Shown piece after piece: positions 1 to 7,448 of a DNA stretch of 64,000 nucleotides; the first letter of the stretch is position 1; every line of letters begins with the position of its first letter. The notes under the pieces were generated by a model. It searched no databases, was not told where the DNA came from, and was given only the letters and a program-made list of their open reading frames with translations. Both the position numbers and the translations under genes were made by a program. Source of the stretch: a virus (lineage: Duplodnaviria > Caudoviricetes); IMG/VR virus record IMGVR_UViG_3300028797_000139, positions 27,055 to 91,054 of that record. One strand, given 5' to 3'.

Positions 1-128
1 CGAAGGATGGAAAATTAATAATAATAATAATAATATTTATTTTGATTTCCATCCTAAAAGCAGGGAAGAATTTGAAATTGTGCAAAACAAAGAAATTCAA
101 AAACTGATTGAATGGGGGAATAATTATT

Positions 129-431
129 ATGAAGAAAATTAATTTTTATTCATGGACTAATAAAGGAGCCGTCAAACATGATGGCTGGCAGGATGATAAC
201 TTTCAGTATTATAAGGGAGATTCTGGGACATGGTGGGCCATTGACCCTATGTGTGGACAAGCTGTTTGTAATGGCAGTACAAAAAAGAATTGCATAAACA
301 AAGTGTATTCAGATGATATTCAGAATAGATATCATGATTTTATTCGTAGTGAAAAATATACAAAAATGTGTTCAGATTGGTATAAAATTTTGGTAGAAGC
401 TGGCATTTATATGGAAAATATGATAAAATAA
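129..431 (+). CDS. hypothetical phage protein
   Basis: ORF (track 108..431); GGGGG SD upstream of ATG at 129; followed by terminator. Confidence 0.7.
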   Translation: MKKINFYSWTNKGAVKHDGWQDDNFQYYKGDSGTWWAIDPMCGQAVCNGSTKKNCINKVYSDDIQNRYHDFIRSEKYTKMCSDWYKILVEAGIYMENMIK

Positions 432-456
432 GGGGAATTTTCCCCTTATTTTTTGT
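425..456 (+). terminator. intrinsic terminator, likely bidirectional
   Basis: AAAATAAGGGGAA-TT-TTCCCCTTATTTT hairpin followed by a T-run. Confidence 0.8.
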
Positions 457-471
457 TTATTTTTTTATGGA

Positions 472-579
472 TAGTTTTATAAAATTAAAAAAGAATATTT
501 ATGCGATTTAGTTTTATAAAAACAAGCTGATAGTTTTGCAAAATTATGAATAATTTGTATAGTTTTTAGTTTTGCAGAA
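472..579. repeat. direct repeats TAGTTTT(ATAAAA/GCARA) at the start of a ~0.8 kb non-coding AT-rich region
   Basis: TAGTTTT at 472, 509, 531, 560, 567. Confidence 0.55.
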
Positions 580-1244
580 CTTGAAAAAATTTTTTTAGCC
601 CAAATTTACCTACATTATGATTAATTAATTTTCCCTATAAAATTTAATTTACATTATTAGGTGAATTGAAATTGCCAGTAATAATTAATTTACTATAATT
701 AATTTTAATTCACAAATCATTATACTATCACCAATATATAATATGTATATAATAATGTGTTGATACTATGACCATTGTTATGGATTGTACGATGTTGTAT
801 ATAATTATATGTATATATAATATGTAGCAATAAAATTAAGACTAATATCATATGTAATTGCTGATATTGGCATTTCATTTATACATACATATATATATAA
901 TATGATGATAATGATTATGGATTAAGTTTTAATTAGAATTACACGCATATATAAATCCAAGAATCATATAATATTATGAATATAAAAAAGATTTTAATTC
1001 AATTTCTTCAGTTGAAAATTAATTATTATGGCTTGTATTGTCGAAGTTTTCGCACATTGGGTTAAAAACGTAATATATTTTGCAGGTTTTAACAGTTAAA
1101 ATCCATTTTTATTGTCAAGTAATATAATTATACTGCTAAAAGAAAAATCGATTTTAGTATCATTTTTTCTATAAATACATTAAGAAATTTATTATACATT
1201 ATATTATATGTAAGTGCTTAAAAATAGAAAGTTAAATTTGCCTA

Positions 1245-1273
1245 TTGACAAATTAATTATTATATGGTATAAT
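1245..1273 (+). promoter_or_regulatory. sigmaA/sigma70 consensus promoter
   Basis: TTGACA-17 nt-TATAAT with extended TG. Confidence 0.8.
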
Positions 1274-1276
1274 GCC

Positions 1277-1391
1277 AATTGAATTGAAATTGAAAAATAA
1301 GATAGGAAAATCGAATTGGAAAATTGAAATTGAAATTTGAAATCGAAAATTGCATTTTGAATTTTGACAGAAAATCTAAATCGAAAATTGC
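1277..1391. repeat. degenerate tandem AAATTG/AAATCG repeats between two promoters
   Basis: aattgaattgaaattgaaaa...gaaaatcgaattggaaaattgaaattgaaatttgaaatcgaaaattgc. Confidence 0.6.
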
Positions 1392-1393
1392 TA

Positions 1394-1422
1394 TTGACAA
1401 ATTGAAAGATGTGTGGTATAAT
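1394..1422 (+). promoter_or_regulatory. sigmaA promoter for tRNA-Lys
   Basis: TTGACA-17-TATAAT with extended TG. Confidence 0.85.
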
Positions 1423-1442
1423 GACCATACTAAAGGTGATAA

Positions 1443-1518
1443 GCGTATGTAGTTTAACTGGTAAAACAGCAGACTTTTAATTTGCAAGATGAATGTTCAA
1501 ATCATTTCATACGCCCCA
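1443..1518 (+). tRNA. trnK: tRNA-Lys(UUU)
   Basis: acceptor GCGTATG/CATACGC, anticodon arm GCAGA-CTTTTAA-TTTGC, TTCAAAT T-loop, encoded CCA. Confidence 0.85.
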
Positions 1519-1528
1519 CAAAAAACAC

Positions 1529-1557
1529 TTGACAAAATATCTAATATGTGGTATAAT
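1529..1557 (+). promoter_or_regulatory. sigmaA promoter with no protein gene downstream
   Basis: TTGACA-17-TATAAT with extended TG. Confidence 0.8.
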
Positions 1558-1727
1558 GTCAATGTTGAAAAAGTGGAAGCCGAAACCACTATAATAAATC
1601 ACACAATGGGGATATAATTGGTAGCACTCGGAATGCCCTGAACTACAAGAACAGAATTTATCAGAGGCAAGGAAGATTGCTATTCGTTGGAACTTGCCTC
1701 AGCTAAAAAAATAAATTGAAAAAAGAC

Positions 1728-1756
1728 TTGACAAATAAAACAAAATGTGATATAAT
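1728..1756 (+). promoter_or_regulatory. sigmaA promoter for tRNA-Leu/HNH/tRNA cluster
   Basis: TTGACA-17-TATAAT with extended TG. Confidence 0.85.
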
Positions 1757-1774
1757 GCCAATGTAAGTTGATAA

Positions 1775-2080
1775 GCGGGTGTGGTGGAATTAGTAGACAC
1801 AAGGGAAAGCTGTAAAGTGAGTCCCCTTTATACAGAAATGTATATCGAAAATCGGTTGAATTCGGCTGATGCTTGAGGGAAGCGGAGGGCGAGCCAAGCC
1901 AAAGATAAATCTTTGGAAGGTGTAGAGACTACCTGAGAAGTAAATCTTCTTAATAACAGGCAAGAGCGACCGATACCTAAATGCAATAGCACAAGGTAAT
2001 GAGATAGTCCAAAAATTTAAGTTTTGCTTAAAATCCCTCGACTTGATGTCGTGCAGGAGCAGAGCCTGTCACCCGCACCA
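1775..2080 (+). tRNA. trnL: tRNA-Leu(UAA) split by a group I intron (exons 1775-1806 and 2027-2080)
   Basis: joined exons give GCGGGTG/CACCCGC acceptor, AGGGA-CTTAAAA-TCCCT anticodon arm, long variable arm, ACCA end; atypical T-loop AGCAGAG. Confidence 0.85.
1807..2026 (+). ncRNA. compact (220 nt) ORF-less group I intron in tRNA-Leu
   Basis: P3 ATCGGTT/GACCGAT, R GTAGAGACTA, S GAGATAGTCC (P7), P9 CAAAA/TTTTG, terminal G; IGS GAGTCCC pairs with ligated GGGA|CTT. Confidence 0.85.
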
Positions 2081-2085
2081 AATAT

Positions 2086-2171
2086 GGGGTTATAGTGGGT
2101 AGCTAACCACTATATTTGGGGGTAAGTGCCTTTTCCATTTACCCCACCCTTAAAAAATAATCTTGAAAAGG
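2086..2171 (+). promoter_or_regulatory. three-way-junction RNA leader with SD pseudoknot (copy 1)
   Basis: P1 GGGGT/ACCCT; P2 TATAGTGG/CCACTATA, loop GTAGCTAA; P3 GGGGTAAGTG/CATTTACCCC, loop CCTTTTC complementary to GAAAAGG (2165-2171). Confidence 0.7.
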
Positions 2172-2181
2172 AAGAAGAAAA

Positions 2182-2727
2182 ATGACTTATGAAAAACGTC
2201 CAGTAAACATTAAGGGCTGGGAAATGTATCAAGTAGATACAGAAGGTAATGTATATGGTAAGAAGGGCAATATACTTAAATATTCAATTAATCATAGCGG
2301 ATATTGTATAGTTAATTTTTATCATAATCATATTAGAAAAGGTTTTGGAATTCATACGTTAGTTGCAGAAACTTTTGTGCAAGGAAAGACAAAAGAACGA
2401 AATCAGGTAAATCATAAAGATGGCAATACCCAAAATAATAAAGCAGAAAATTTAGAATGGGTTACGATTCAAGAGAATATTAATCATGCTATACATATAT
2501 TGGGACATAATAAAATTGGGGCTAATAATCCACAAGCAAAAGCTGTTTTTGGATATGATAAAAATAACGGTAAGATGAAATATGAATTTGGTTCTTTAGC
2601 TGATGCCGCAAGATATTTTACTAAACCAAATAAAGATTATAAAATAATTCAAAATATTATTTGGTGTGTCATACACAATAAAGCTAATAAGAAATCTTAT
2701 CATGGTTGTATTTGGAAATATAAATAA
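2182..2727 (+). CDS. free-standing HNH homing endonuclease (NUMOD4-HNH-NUMOD1 type)
   Basis: YQVDTEGNV, IHTLVAETF, VNHKDGNTQNNKAENLEW, C-terminal FGSLADAAR...YHGCIWKY. Confidence 0.9.
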   Translation: MTYEKRPVNIKGWEMYQVDTEGNVYGKKGNILKYSINHSGYCIVNFYHNHIRKGFGIHTLVAETFVQGKTKERNQVNHKDGNTQNNKAENLEWVTIQENINHAIHILGHNKIGANNPQAKAVFGYDKNNGKMKYEFGSLADAARYFTKPNKDYKIIQNIIWCVIHNKANKKSYHGCIWKYK

Positions 2728-2778
2728 AGTTTTTACACAGTTTAACGAAACCGTTCTGTATAAAAACGGCATGAATAA

Positions 2779-2851
2779 CGCGGAGCGAAGAAGTCTTCAA
2801 TTTGGTCTCATAAGCCAAACCCAGTGGGGGCAGTACCCACCTCCGCACCCA
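2779..2851 (+). tRNA. atypical initiator-like tRNA-Met(CAU)
   Basis: C1xA72 mismatch, GCGGAG/CTCCGC stem, TTTGGT-CTCATAA-GCCAAA arm, shrunken D-loop, T-loop GGCAGTA, CCA. Confidence 0.65.
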
Positions 2852-2853
2852 AT

Positions 2854-2929
2854 GGCCCTTTCGACTAATGGTTAGGTCACAGCCCTTTCAAGGCTGTAAT
2901 GCTCAGTTCAAATCTGGCAAGGGTCGCCA
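2854..2929 (+). tRNA. trnE: tRNA-Glu(UUC)
   Basis: GGCCCTT/AAGGGTC acceptor, CAGCC-CTTTCAA-GGCTG arm, CCA. Confidence 0.9.
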
Positions 2930-2930
2930 T

Positions 2931-3004
2931 GCTTCCATAGTTTAATGGTAAAACATGGGATTTGTAAACCTAAAATCCAAGTTCGATTCTTGGTGGAAGC
3001 TCCA
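2931..3004 (+). tRNA. trnT: tRNA-Thr(UGU)
   Basis: GCTTCCA/TGGAAGC acceptor, loop TTTGTAA, TTCGATT T-loop, CCA; imperfect anticodon stem. Confidence 0.8.
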
Positions 3005-3005
3005 C

Positions 3006-3034
3006 TTGACAAAATCAAAAATATATGTTATAAT
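3006..3034 (+). promoter_or_regulatory. sigmaA promoter
   Basis: TTGACA-17-TATAAT with extended TG. Confidence 0.8.
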
Positions 3035-3062
3035 ACACATACAAAAAAGAAAGGAGAACAAA

Positions 3063-3392
3063 ATGGCAAGGTACAAGTATTATACGGATGGTAATGGTCG
3101 GACGATTTGTGTTTCGACTTTTGCCAAAAAGATTGTTAAGGGGATTGCAAAGTGTAGTCCTGCTGATACCTATGATGACGATGTGGGCAAGAACCTTGCT
3201 CGACTTAGGTGCGACATGAAAGTTGCTAAGAAGCGACTTAACAAGGCAAAGGAAAGATGGACACAGGATTCTGATTTTTACATTCTCGCTCGTAAATGGG
3301 TGGATGAAAGTCAGAAGTATCTTGCAGATGCTTCAAGAATTTATTCTGAAGCCTGTAAGAATCTTGATGATTATGAAAATTCTCTAAAGTAA
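3063..3392 (+). CDS. conserved phage protein of unknown function
   Basis: AAGGAG SD then ATG at 3063; the longer track ORF overlaps tRNA-Thr and the promoter. Confidence 0.75.
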   Translation: MARYKYYTDGNGRTICVSTFAKKIVKGIAKCSPADTYDDDVGKNLARLRCDMKVAKKRLNKAKERWTQDSDFYILARKWVDESQKYLADASRIYSEACKNLDDYENSLK

Positions 3393-3399
3393 TTCTACG

Positions 3400-3570
3400 T
3401 GGACAGTATAGTTTATACTATAGCAGGCGTATGGGTGGATAAGTCCTATAAAGAAGCCCCTTGAACCGCGTCATGTAATTGCGTCAGTAATAACAGTAAT
3501 GGCAAAAGGTGGAGAATATTCTGTTTGACAAATCGGAAAAGACGGTTGGCAGTCTGGACAGACAGACACA
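3400..3570 (+). ncRNA. putative structured ncRNA preceding tRNA-Gln
   Basis: GC-richer non-coding stretch with tandem hairpins AATCG-GAAAAGA-CGGTT and GTCTG-GACAGA-CAGAC. Confidence 0.4.
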
Positions 3571-3578
3571 ATATATAT

Positions 3579-3653
3579 GGCGGGTTAGTGTAATTGGTAG
3601 CACAAAGGTCTTTGAAGCCTTATGAGGGAATTCAAATTTCTCACCCGCTGCCA
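3579..3653 (+). tRNA. trnQ: tRNA-Gln(UUG)
   Basis: GGCGGGT/ACCCGCT acceptor, AAGGT-CTTTGAA-GCCTT arm, TTCAAAT, CCA. Confidence 0.85.
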
Positions 3654-3658
3654 TTAAG

Positions 3659-3746
3659 TTAAGCAAGGGAGCAATAGAGTAATTAACTATTGAGATAACA
3701 AAGCCTTTCCTTTGAGCTTGCTTAATTAATTCGATTTTCTGAAAGG
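3659..3746 (+). promoter_or_regulatory. three-way-junction RNA leader with SD pseudoknot (copy 2)
   Basis: P1 TTAAGCAAG/CTTGCTTAA; P2 CAATAG/CTATTG, loop AGTAATTAA; P3 CAAAG/CTTTG, loop CCTTTC complementary to GAAAGG (3741-3746). Confidence 0.65.
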
Positions 3747-3761
3747 GGAAAACATAAGAAT

Positions 3762-4694
3762 ATGGCATTAATTAATCAGTATTCAAAAGAAGAATTAGAA
3801 AACATTGTAAAGAATAGTTATAGTTATCGTGAAGTGTTAATTAAACTTGGTTATTCTTGTGTGAATGGTGCGAACAATAATACATTAAAGAAATATTTGA
3901 ATAAATATAATATATCTGTTGAACATTTTACTTATTATCGAAGGAAAAATCAATATCAATTATCATTTGATGAAATTTTTTGTAAAAATTCGTTAGCCTC
4001 CCAAAAAAGATTAAGGGAAGCAGTTATTAAATATAATATTTTAATTTATAAATGTGAATTATGTGGTAATGAAGGAGTCTGGATGGATAAACCATTGTCA
4101 CTAAATCTTGACCATATTAATGGACATAATCATGATAATAGGATACAAAATTTAAGATGGTTATGTCCAAATTGTGATAGACAACAACCTACTTTTGGTG
4201 CTAAAAATTTACAAAAGTTAGAAAAGAATACGATGTTAATTCCTTTTGTAGGAGATTCAGTAGAACCAATTTTTTCAAGAATGGAAATTGTTGTGCCAGA
4301 TAGAGAAATTATCAAGAAAAAATTATATGATTATAAAAACTATACGCAATGTGCCAATTATTTTGGAGTAAGTGCTAATCAGCTAAGACGTTGGTGTAGA
4401 AAATATAATCTTCCCACAACTATTTCTATTGTTAAACACACTTCTATTGACGGGTGGGAAACAGAAAATTGGAACGATGCTTATACTCCTCCAATGCCAC
4501 ATTCAAAGCAAAATAAACCATGTGCAATGTTAGATAAAAACACCGAAGAAATTTTGCATATATTTTCTTCTCGAAGCGAGGCCGCACGTTTTTTGAATCT
4601 TAATCAAAACTGTATTTCTCATATTAGGGCTGTTTGTAATGGTTTGCGAAAAACGGCTTATGGATATAAATGGAAAAATATCGAAGATGATTGA
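3762..4694 (+). CDS. free-standing HNH endonuclease with HTH and NUMOD1 domains
   Basis: CELC...LNLDHINGHNHDNRIQNLRWLCPNC; C-terminal FSSRSEAAR...TAYGYKWK. Confidence 0.9.
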   Translation: MALINQYSKEELENIVKNSYSYREVLIKLGYSCVNGANNNTLKKYLNKYNISVEHFTYYRRKNQYQLSFDEIFCKNSLASQKRLREAVIKYNILIYKCELCGNEGVWMDKPLSLNLDHINGHNHDNRIQNLRWLCPNCDRQQPTFGAKNLQKLEKNTMLIPFVGDSVEPIFSRMEIVVPDREIIKKKLYDYKNYTQCANYFGVSANQLRRWCRKYNLPTTISIVKHTSIDGWETENWNDAYTPPMPHSKQNKPCAMLDKNTEEILHIFSSRSEAARFLNLNQNCISHIRAVCNGLRKTAYGYKWKNIEDD

Positions 4695-4723
4695 TGATTA
4701 TAAATCACAGTAGGTGAAAACTG

Positions 4724-5572
4724 ATGGAGCAACTACAAATTTCATGCGCGAATATTTATAAAATAAGCAAACATGAAATCGCAAAAATTGATTTTGCTTT
4801 ATGCAAACAACCGACAGAAACTTTAGAATCGTTTTATAATCGACAAAGTATTAAGCCAGACTTGCTTATTAATGGTGGATTTTTTAATATGCAAAATGGC
4901 AATACATTGTTTACTTATGTCGATGAAAATAAAACAATTTCTTATACAAGTGAATTGTTATATGGGTTTGGCATTAATAATAATCAATTAAAAGCAGATT
5001 TCTATAATCAAAACTATAAAGATTTTATTAGTGCATATCCTATATTGATTAAAGATGGTAAAGCATTTTCGTCCTCTATAGGAAATGAAATTAACTATAA
5101 AGCACGAAGAACTGTTTTGGCTTATGATGATAATTATATTTATGTAATTGTTGTTGAAAGTCCGGGGATGAATTTTTCTGAGTTAAAACAAATGCTTTTG
5201 CAATTGTGTGTTACCCAAGCCATTAATTTAGATGGGGGCGGCAGTACACGATTGTTAGTGGAGGGGAAGGTCAAAACAAAGCAAACATATTCACGCCCTG
5301 TGGATAATGTAGTGGCATTTTATCTTCAGAAAAATTTAATTATATATCGTGTCCAAACAGGGGCTTTTAGCAACAAAGGTAATGCACAGCAGTATCAACA
5401 AAAAATTCAAAAGTTAAATGACACTATTGGTGCTGGTTACAAAAATGCTTATGTCAGATTTATTGATGGCTTGTATAAGGTGCAAGTTGGTGCGTTTAGC
5501 AACAAGGCAAACGCAGAAAAAGTGGTAAATGATTTGAAACAAAAAGGTTATAATAGCTTTATTACCACTTAA
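4724..5572 (+). CDS. phosphodiester glycosidase (NAGPA-like) with C-terminal SPOR domain
   Basis: INGGFF, ARRTVLA, AINLDGGGST motifs; YRVQTGAF/YKVQVGAF SPOR repeats. Confidence 0.85.
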   Translation: MEQLQISCANIYKISKHEIAKIDFALCKQPTETLESFYNRQSIKPDLLINGGFFNMQNGNTLFTYVDENKTISYTSELLYGFGINNNQLKADFYNQNYKDFISAYPILIKDGKAFSSSIGNEINYKARRTVLAYDDNYIYVIVVESPGMNFSELKQMLLQLCVTQAINLDGGGSTRLLVEGKVKTKQTYSRPVDNVVAFYLQKNLIIYRVQTGAFSNKGNAQQYQQKIQKLNDTIGAGYKNAYVRFIDGLYKVQVGAFSNKANAEKVVNDLKQKGYNSFITT

Positions 5573-5661
5573 TTTCTTCCCAATGGCTGAAGGGAATTAA
5601 AGGCAATGGTCAAGCCATTGTAAACCAAGAAGCCACTTTAATATATAGGAGGTAGGAATCC

Positions 5662-5931
5662 ATGTATATTTATAGCGAGAAGACAAAGAGACGCTATGAA
5701 ACTGTGGAAGAATGTATCAAGGCCGAAGAAGAGTACGATAAGGCACTTGCAGAAGAAAAGGAAAAGAAGGAAAAGCTTGCAAGTGAGCGCAAAGAACGGG
5801 CAAAGGAAGTAGAAAACGCCTTTAAGGAAGCTAATGATTTACTGAAGGCTTTCATTAAGGACTATGGAAGTTTTCATACCACTTATAATTCTACTTTCAG
5901 TCCCATTCGTTGGTTTGACCTTTGGTGGTAA
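5662..5931 (+). CDS. hypothetical coiled-coil protein
   Basis: ORF with AGGAGG SD. Confidence 0.75.
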   Translation: MYIYSEKTKRRYETVEECIKAEEEYDKALAEEKEKKEKLASERKERAKEVENAFKEANDLLKAFIKDYGSFHTTYNSTFSPIRWFDLWW

Positions 5932-5943
5932 AAGGCGTTTTAT

Positions 5944-5982
5944 AAAAATAACAGGGGTTAAAATTTCCCCTGTTATTTTTTT
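5944..5982 (+). terminator. intrinsic terminator
   Basis: AAAAATAACAGGGG/CCCCTGTTATTTTT hairpin plus T-run. Confidence 0.8.
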
Positions 5983-5990
5983 ATTTATGC

Positions 5991-6019
5991 TTGACAAAGA
6001 ATGTTTTTTATGGTATAAT
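5991..6019 (+). promoter_or_regulatory. sigmaA promoter
   Basis: TTGACA-17-TATAAT with extended TG. Confidence 0.8.
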
Positions 6020-6050
6020 ACACATACAAAAACAAAAGGAGGTCAAAAGA

Positions 6051-6875
6051 ATGGTGAATAAATATTATATTGATTATCTGCGCGGTGCTGGTAAAAGCGA
6101 AAATACAATTAAGACCTATGTAAACAATATTAATATGATGTTGAAGAGTATTAATAAGCCTGAAACAGAAATTACTTTTTTTGACCTTGTGAATTGGCAA
6201 GCAGGGCTTTGTGGAAAATCTACTTCCACTATTCATACTAAAGTTGTGGCTGTAAAAGACTATTTTGATTTTCTTGTAAATGGTCATGCGATTAACGAGA
6301 ATCCTGCCAATGGTCTTGCTACTGCCAAAGTGGTTAATAAGAAAAAGCCTGACCCTGAAGTTGGTATGGTTAGACAGCTAATTAATTGCGCGAGAGGCAA
6401 GAGGGACAAGGCTATGATTACTGTTATGGCTACTACTGGTATGCGCTTTGCAGAAGCCACCAGTATAACTAAAGAACAGTATTATAGGCGTAGATTTGAT
6501 ATTGTTGGTAAAGGAAATAAACTGCGTGAAGTTTATATCAATGACGAAGCTAAAAAGGCTTGTGATGCTTATTTGGCTGAAAGAAAAGATGATAATGAAC
6601 TTCTGTTTATTTCCCATCGTGGCAATAAAATTAATAACGCCAATTGGTGCAAGGGTTTGAAGTCTAATGCTAAAAGGGCTGGTTTTGAATGTTGGAATGA
6701 AATAAGTCCTCATTGGCTTAGACACGCTTTTGCCACTACTGCTTCTCAGATGGGCGTTCCTGTGGCAGATATAGGAAATGCGCTTGGACATAGTGATTAT
6801 GCCAAAGTGACTACTACTTATATTCATACGCCACAGAATAAAGTGGTCAATCTGATGAATGATATTAAGTTTTAA
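6051..6875 (+). CDS. tyrosine recombinase (XerC/D-like)
   Basis: TGMRFAE, GKGNK, HWLRH, LGH, TTTY catalytic residues; AGGAGG SD before ATG 6051. Confidence 0.9.
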   Translation: MVNKYYIDYLRGAGKSENTIKTYVNNINMMLKSINKPETEITFFDLVNWQAGLCGKSTSTIHTKVVAVKDYFDFLVNGHAINENPANGLATAKVVNKKKPDPEVGMVRQLINCARGKRDKAMITVMATTGMRFAEATSITKEQYYRRRFDIVGKGNKLREVYINDEAKKACDAYLAERKDDNELLFISHRGNKINNANWCKGLKSNAKRAGFECWNEISPHWLRHAFATTASQMGVPVADIGNALGHSDYAKVTTTYIHTPQNKVVNLMNDIKF

Positions 6876-6937
6876 GGAGGGGTATATGTACATAACTTAG
6901 CTAAAAAATAAGATAATTTATGGAGGAAAAAAATTAA

Positions 6938-7222
6938 ATGATTAATGAAATTATTGAAGCGATTGAAACTAAATTTGAAAACAATGAAGAAATAAAAGTA
7001 GACTGTATGAAATGGTTATATTGGCAGTTATGTAATATACCTGAAAAGAACAGCAGTTTAGACAGGGCTTTAATTATTCTTTATCAATGGTTTGAAAAAC
7101 ATAGGAAATGTATTTATTGTGGAAAAAGTTTAATTTCCACTTATGTTAAAACTGATAAGGGTAATGAAATTATAGATTTTTGCCCTTTCTGCGACACAGC
7201 ATTTGGTGAAGCGCATGGATGA
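6938..7222 (+). CDS. hypothetical Zn-ribbon protein
   Basis: CIYC...CPFC; SD present. Confidence 0.65.
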   Translation: MINEIIEAIETKFENNEEIKVDCMKWLYWQLCNIPEKNSSLDRALIILYQWFEKHRKCIYCGKSLISTYVKTDKGNEIIDFCPFCDTAFGEAHG

Positions 7223-7448
7223 AAATAAACAATTAGAAATTACCAATATTGTCACAGAGGCAATTGAAGACAGATTAAAGCGTGAATTTAATATCGGTAT
7301 TGTAGCAGGATGGGAAGCCTGTATTTCTACAATTTATAAAAATACAAGAAACATGACTTCTGCAAAACAAATTAAAGATTATATTAAACAAAAGTATAAA
7401 GAAAATATTAAACCAATTTTAAGTTTTATACAAGGAGAAAAAATATGA
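7215..7448 (+). CDS. hypothetical protein
   Basis: ORF overlapping both neighbours. Confidence 0.6.
   Translation: MDENKQLEITNIVTEAIEDRLKREFNIGIVAGWEACISTIYKNTRNMTSAKQIKDYIKQKYKENIKPILSFIQGEKI

Noticed and set aside
432-1391. CRISPR array
   Set aside because: Repeats are short and degenerate without regular unique spacers; no cas genes
2086-3746. tRNA-adjacent structures as HDV-like theta ribozymes
   Set aside because: The topology is a 3-way junction with one loop-SD pseudoknot, not a nested double pseudoknot, and a third copy occurs away from any tRNA
1204-3768. Track ORFs 1204-1428, 1260-1487, 2666-2875 and 3484-3768
   Set aside because: They overlap promoters, repeats or tRNAs and have no recognisable protein features
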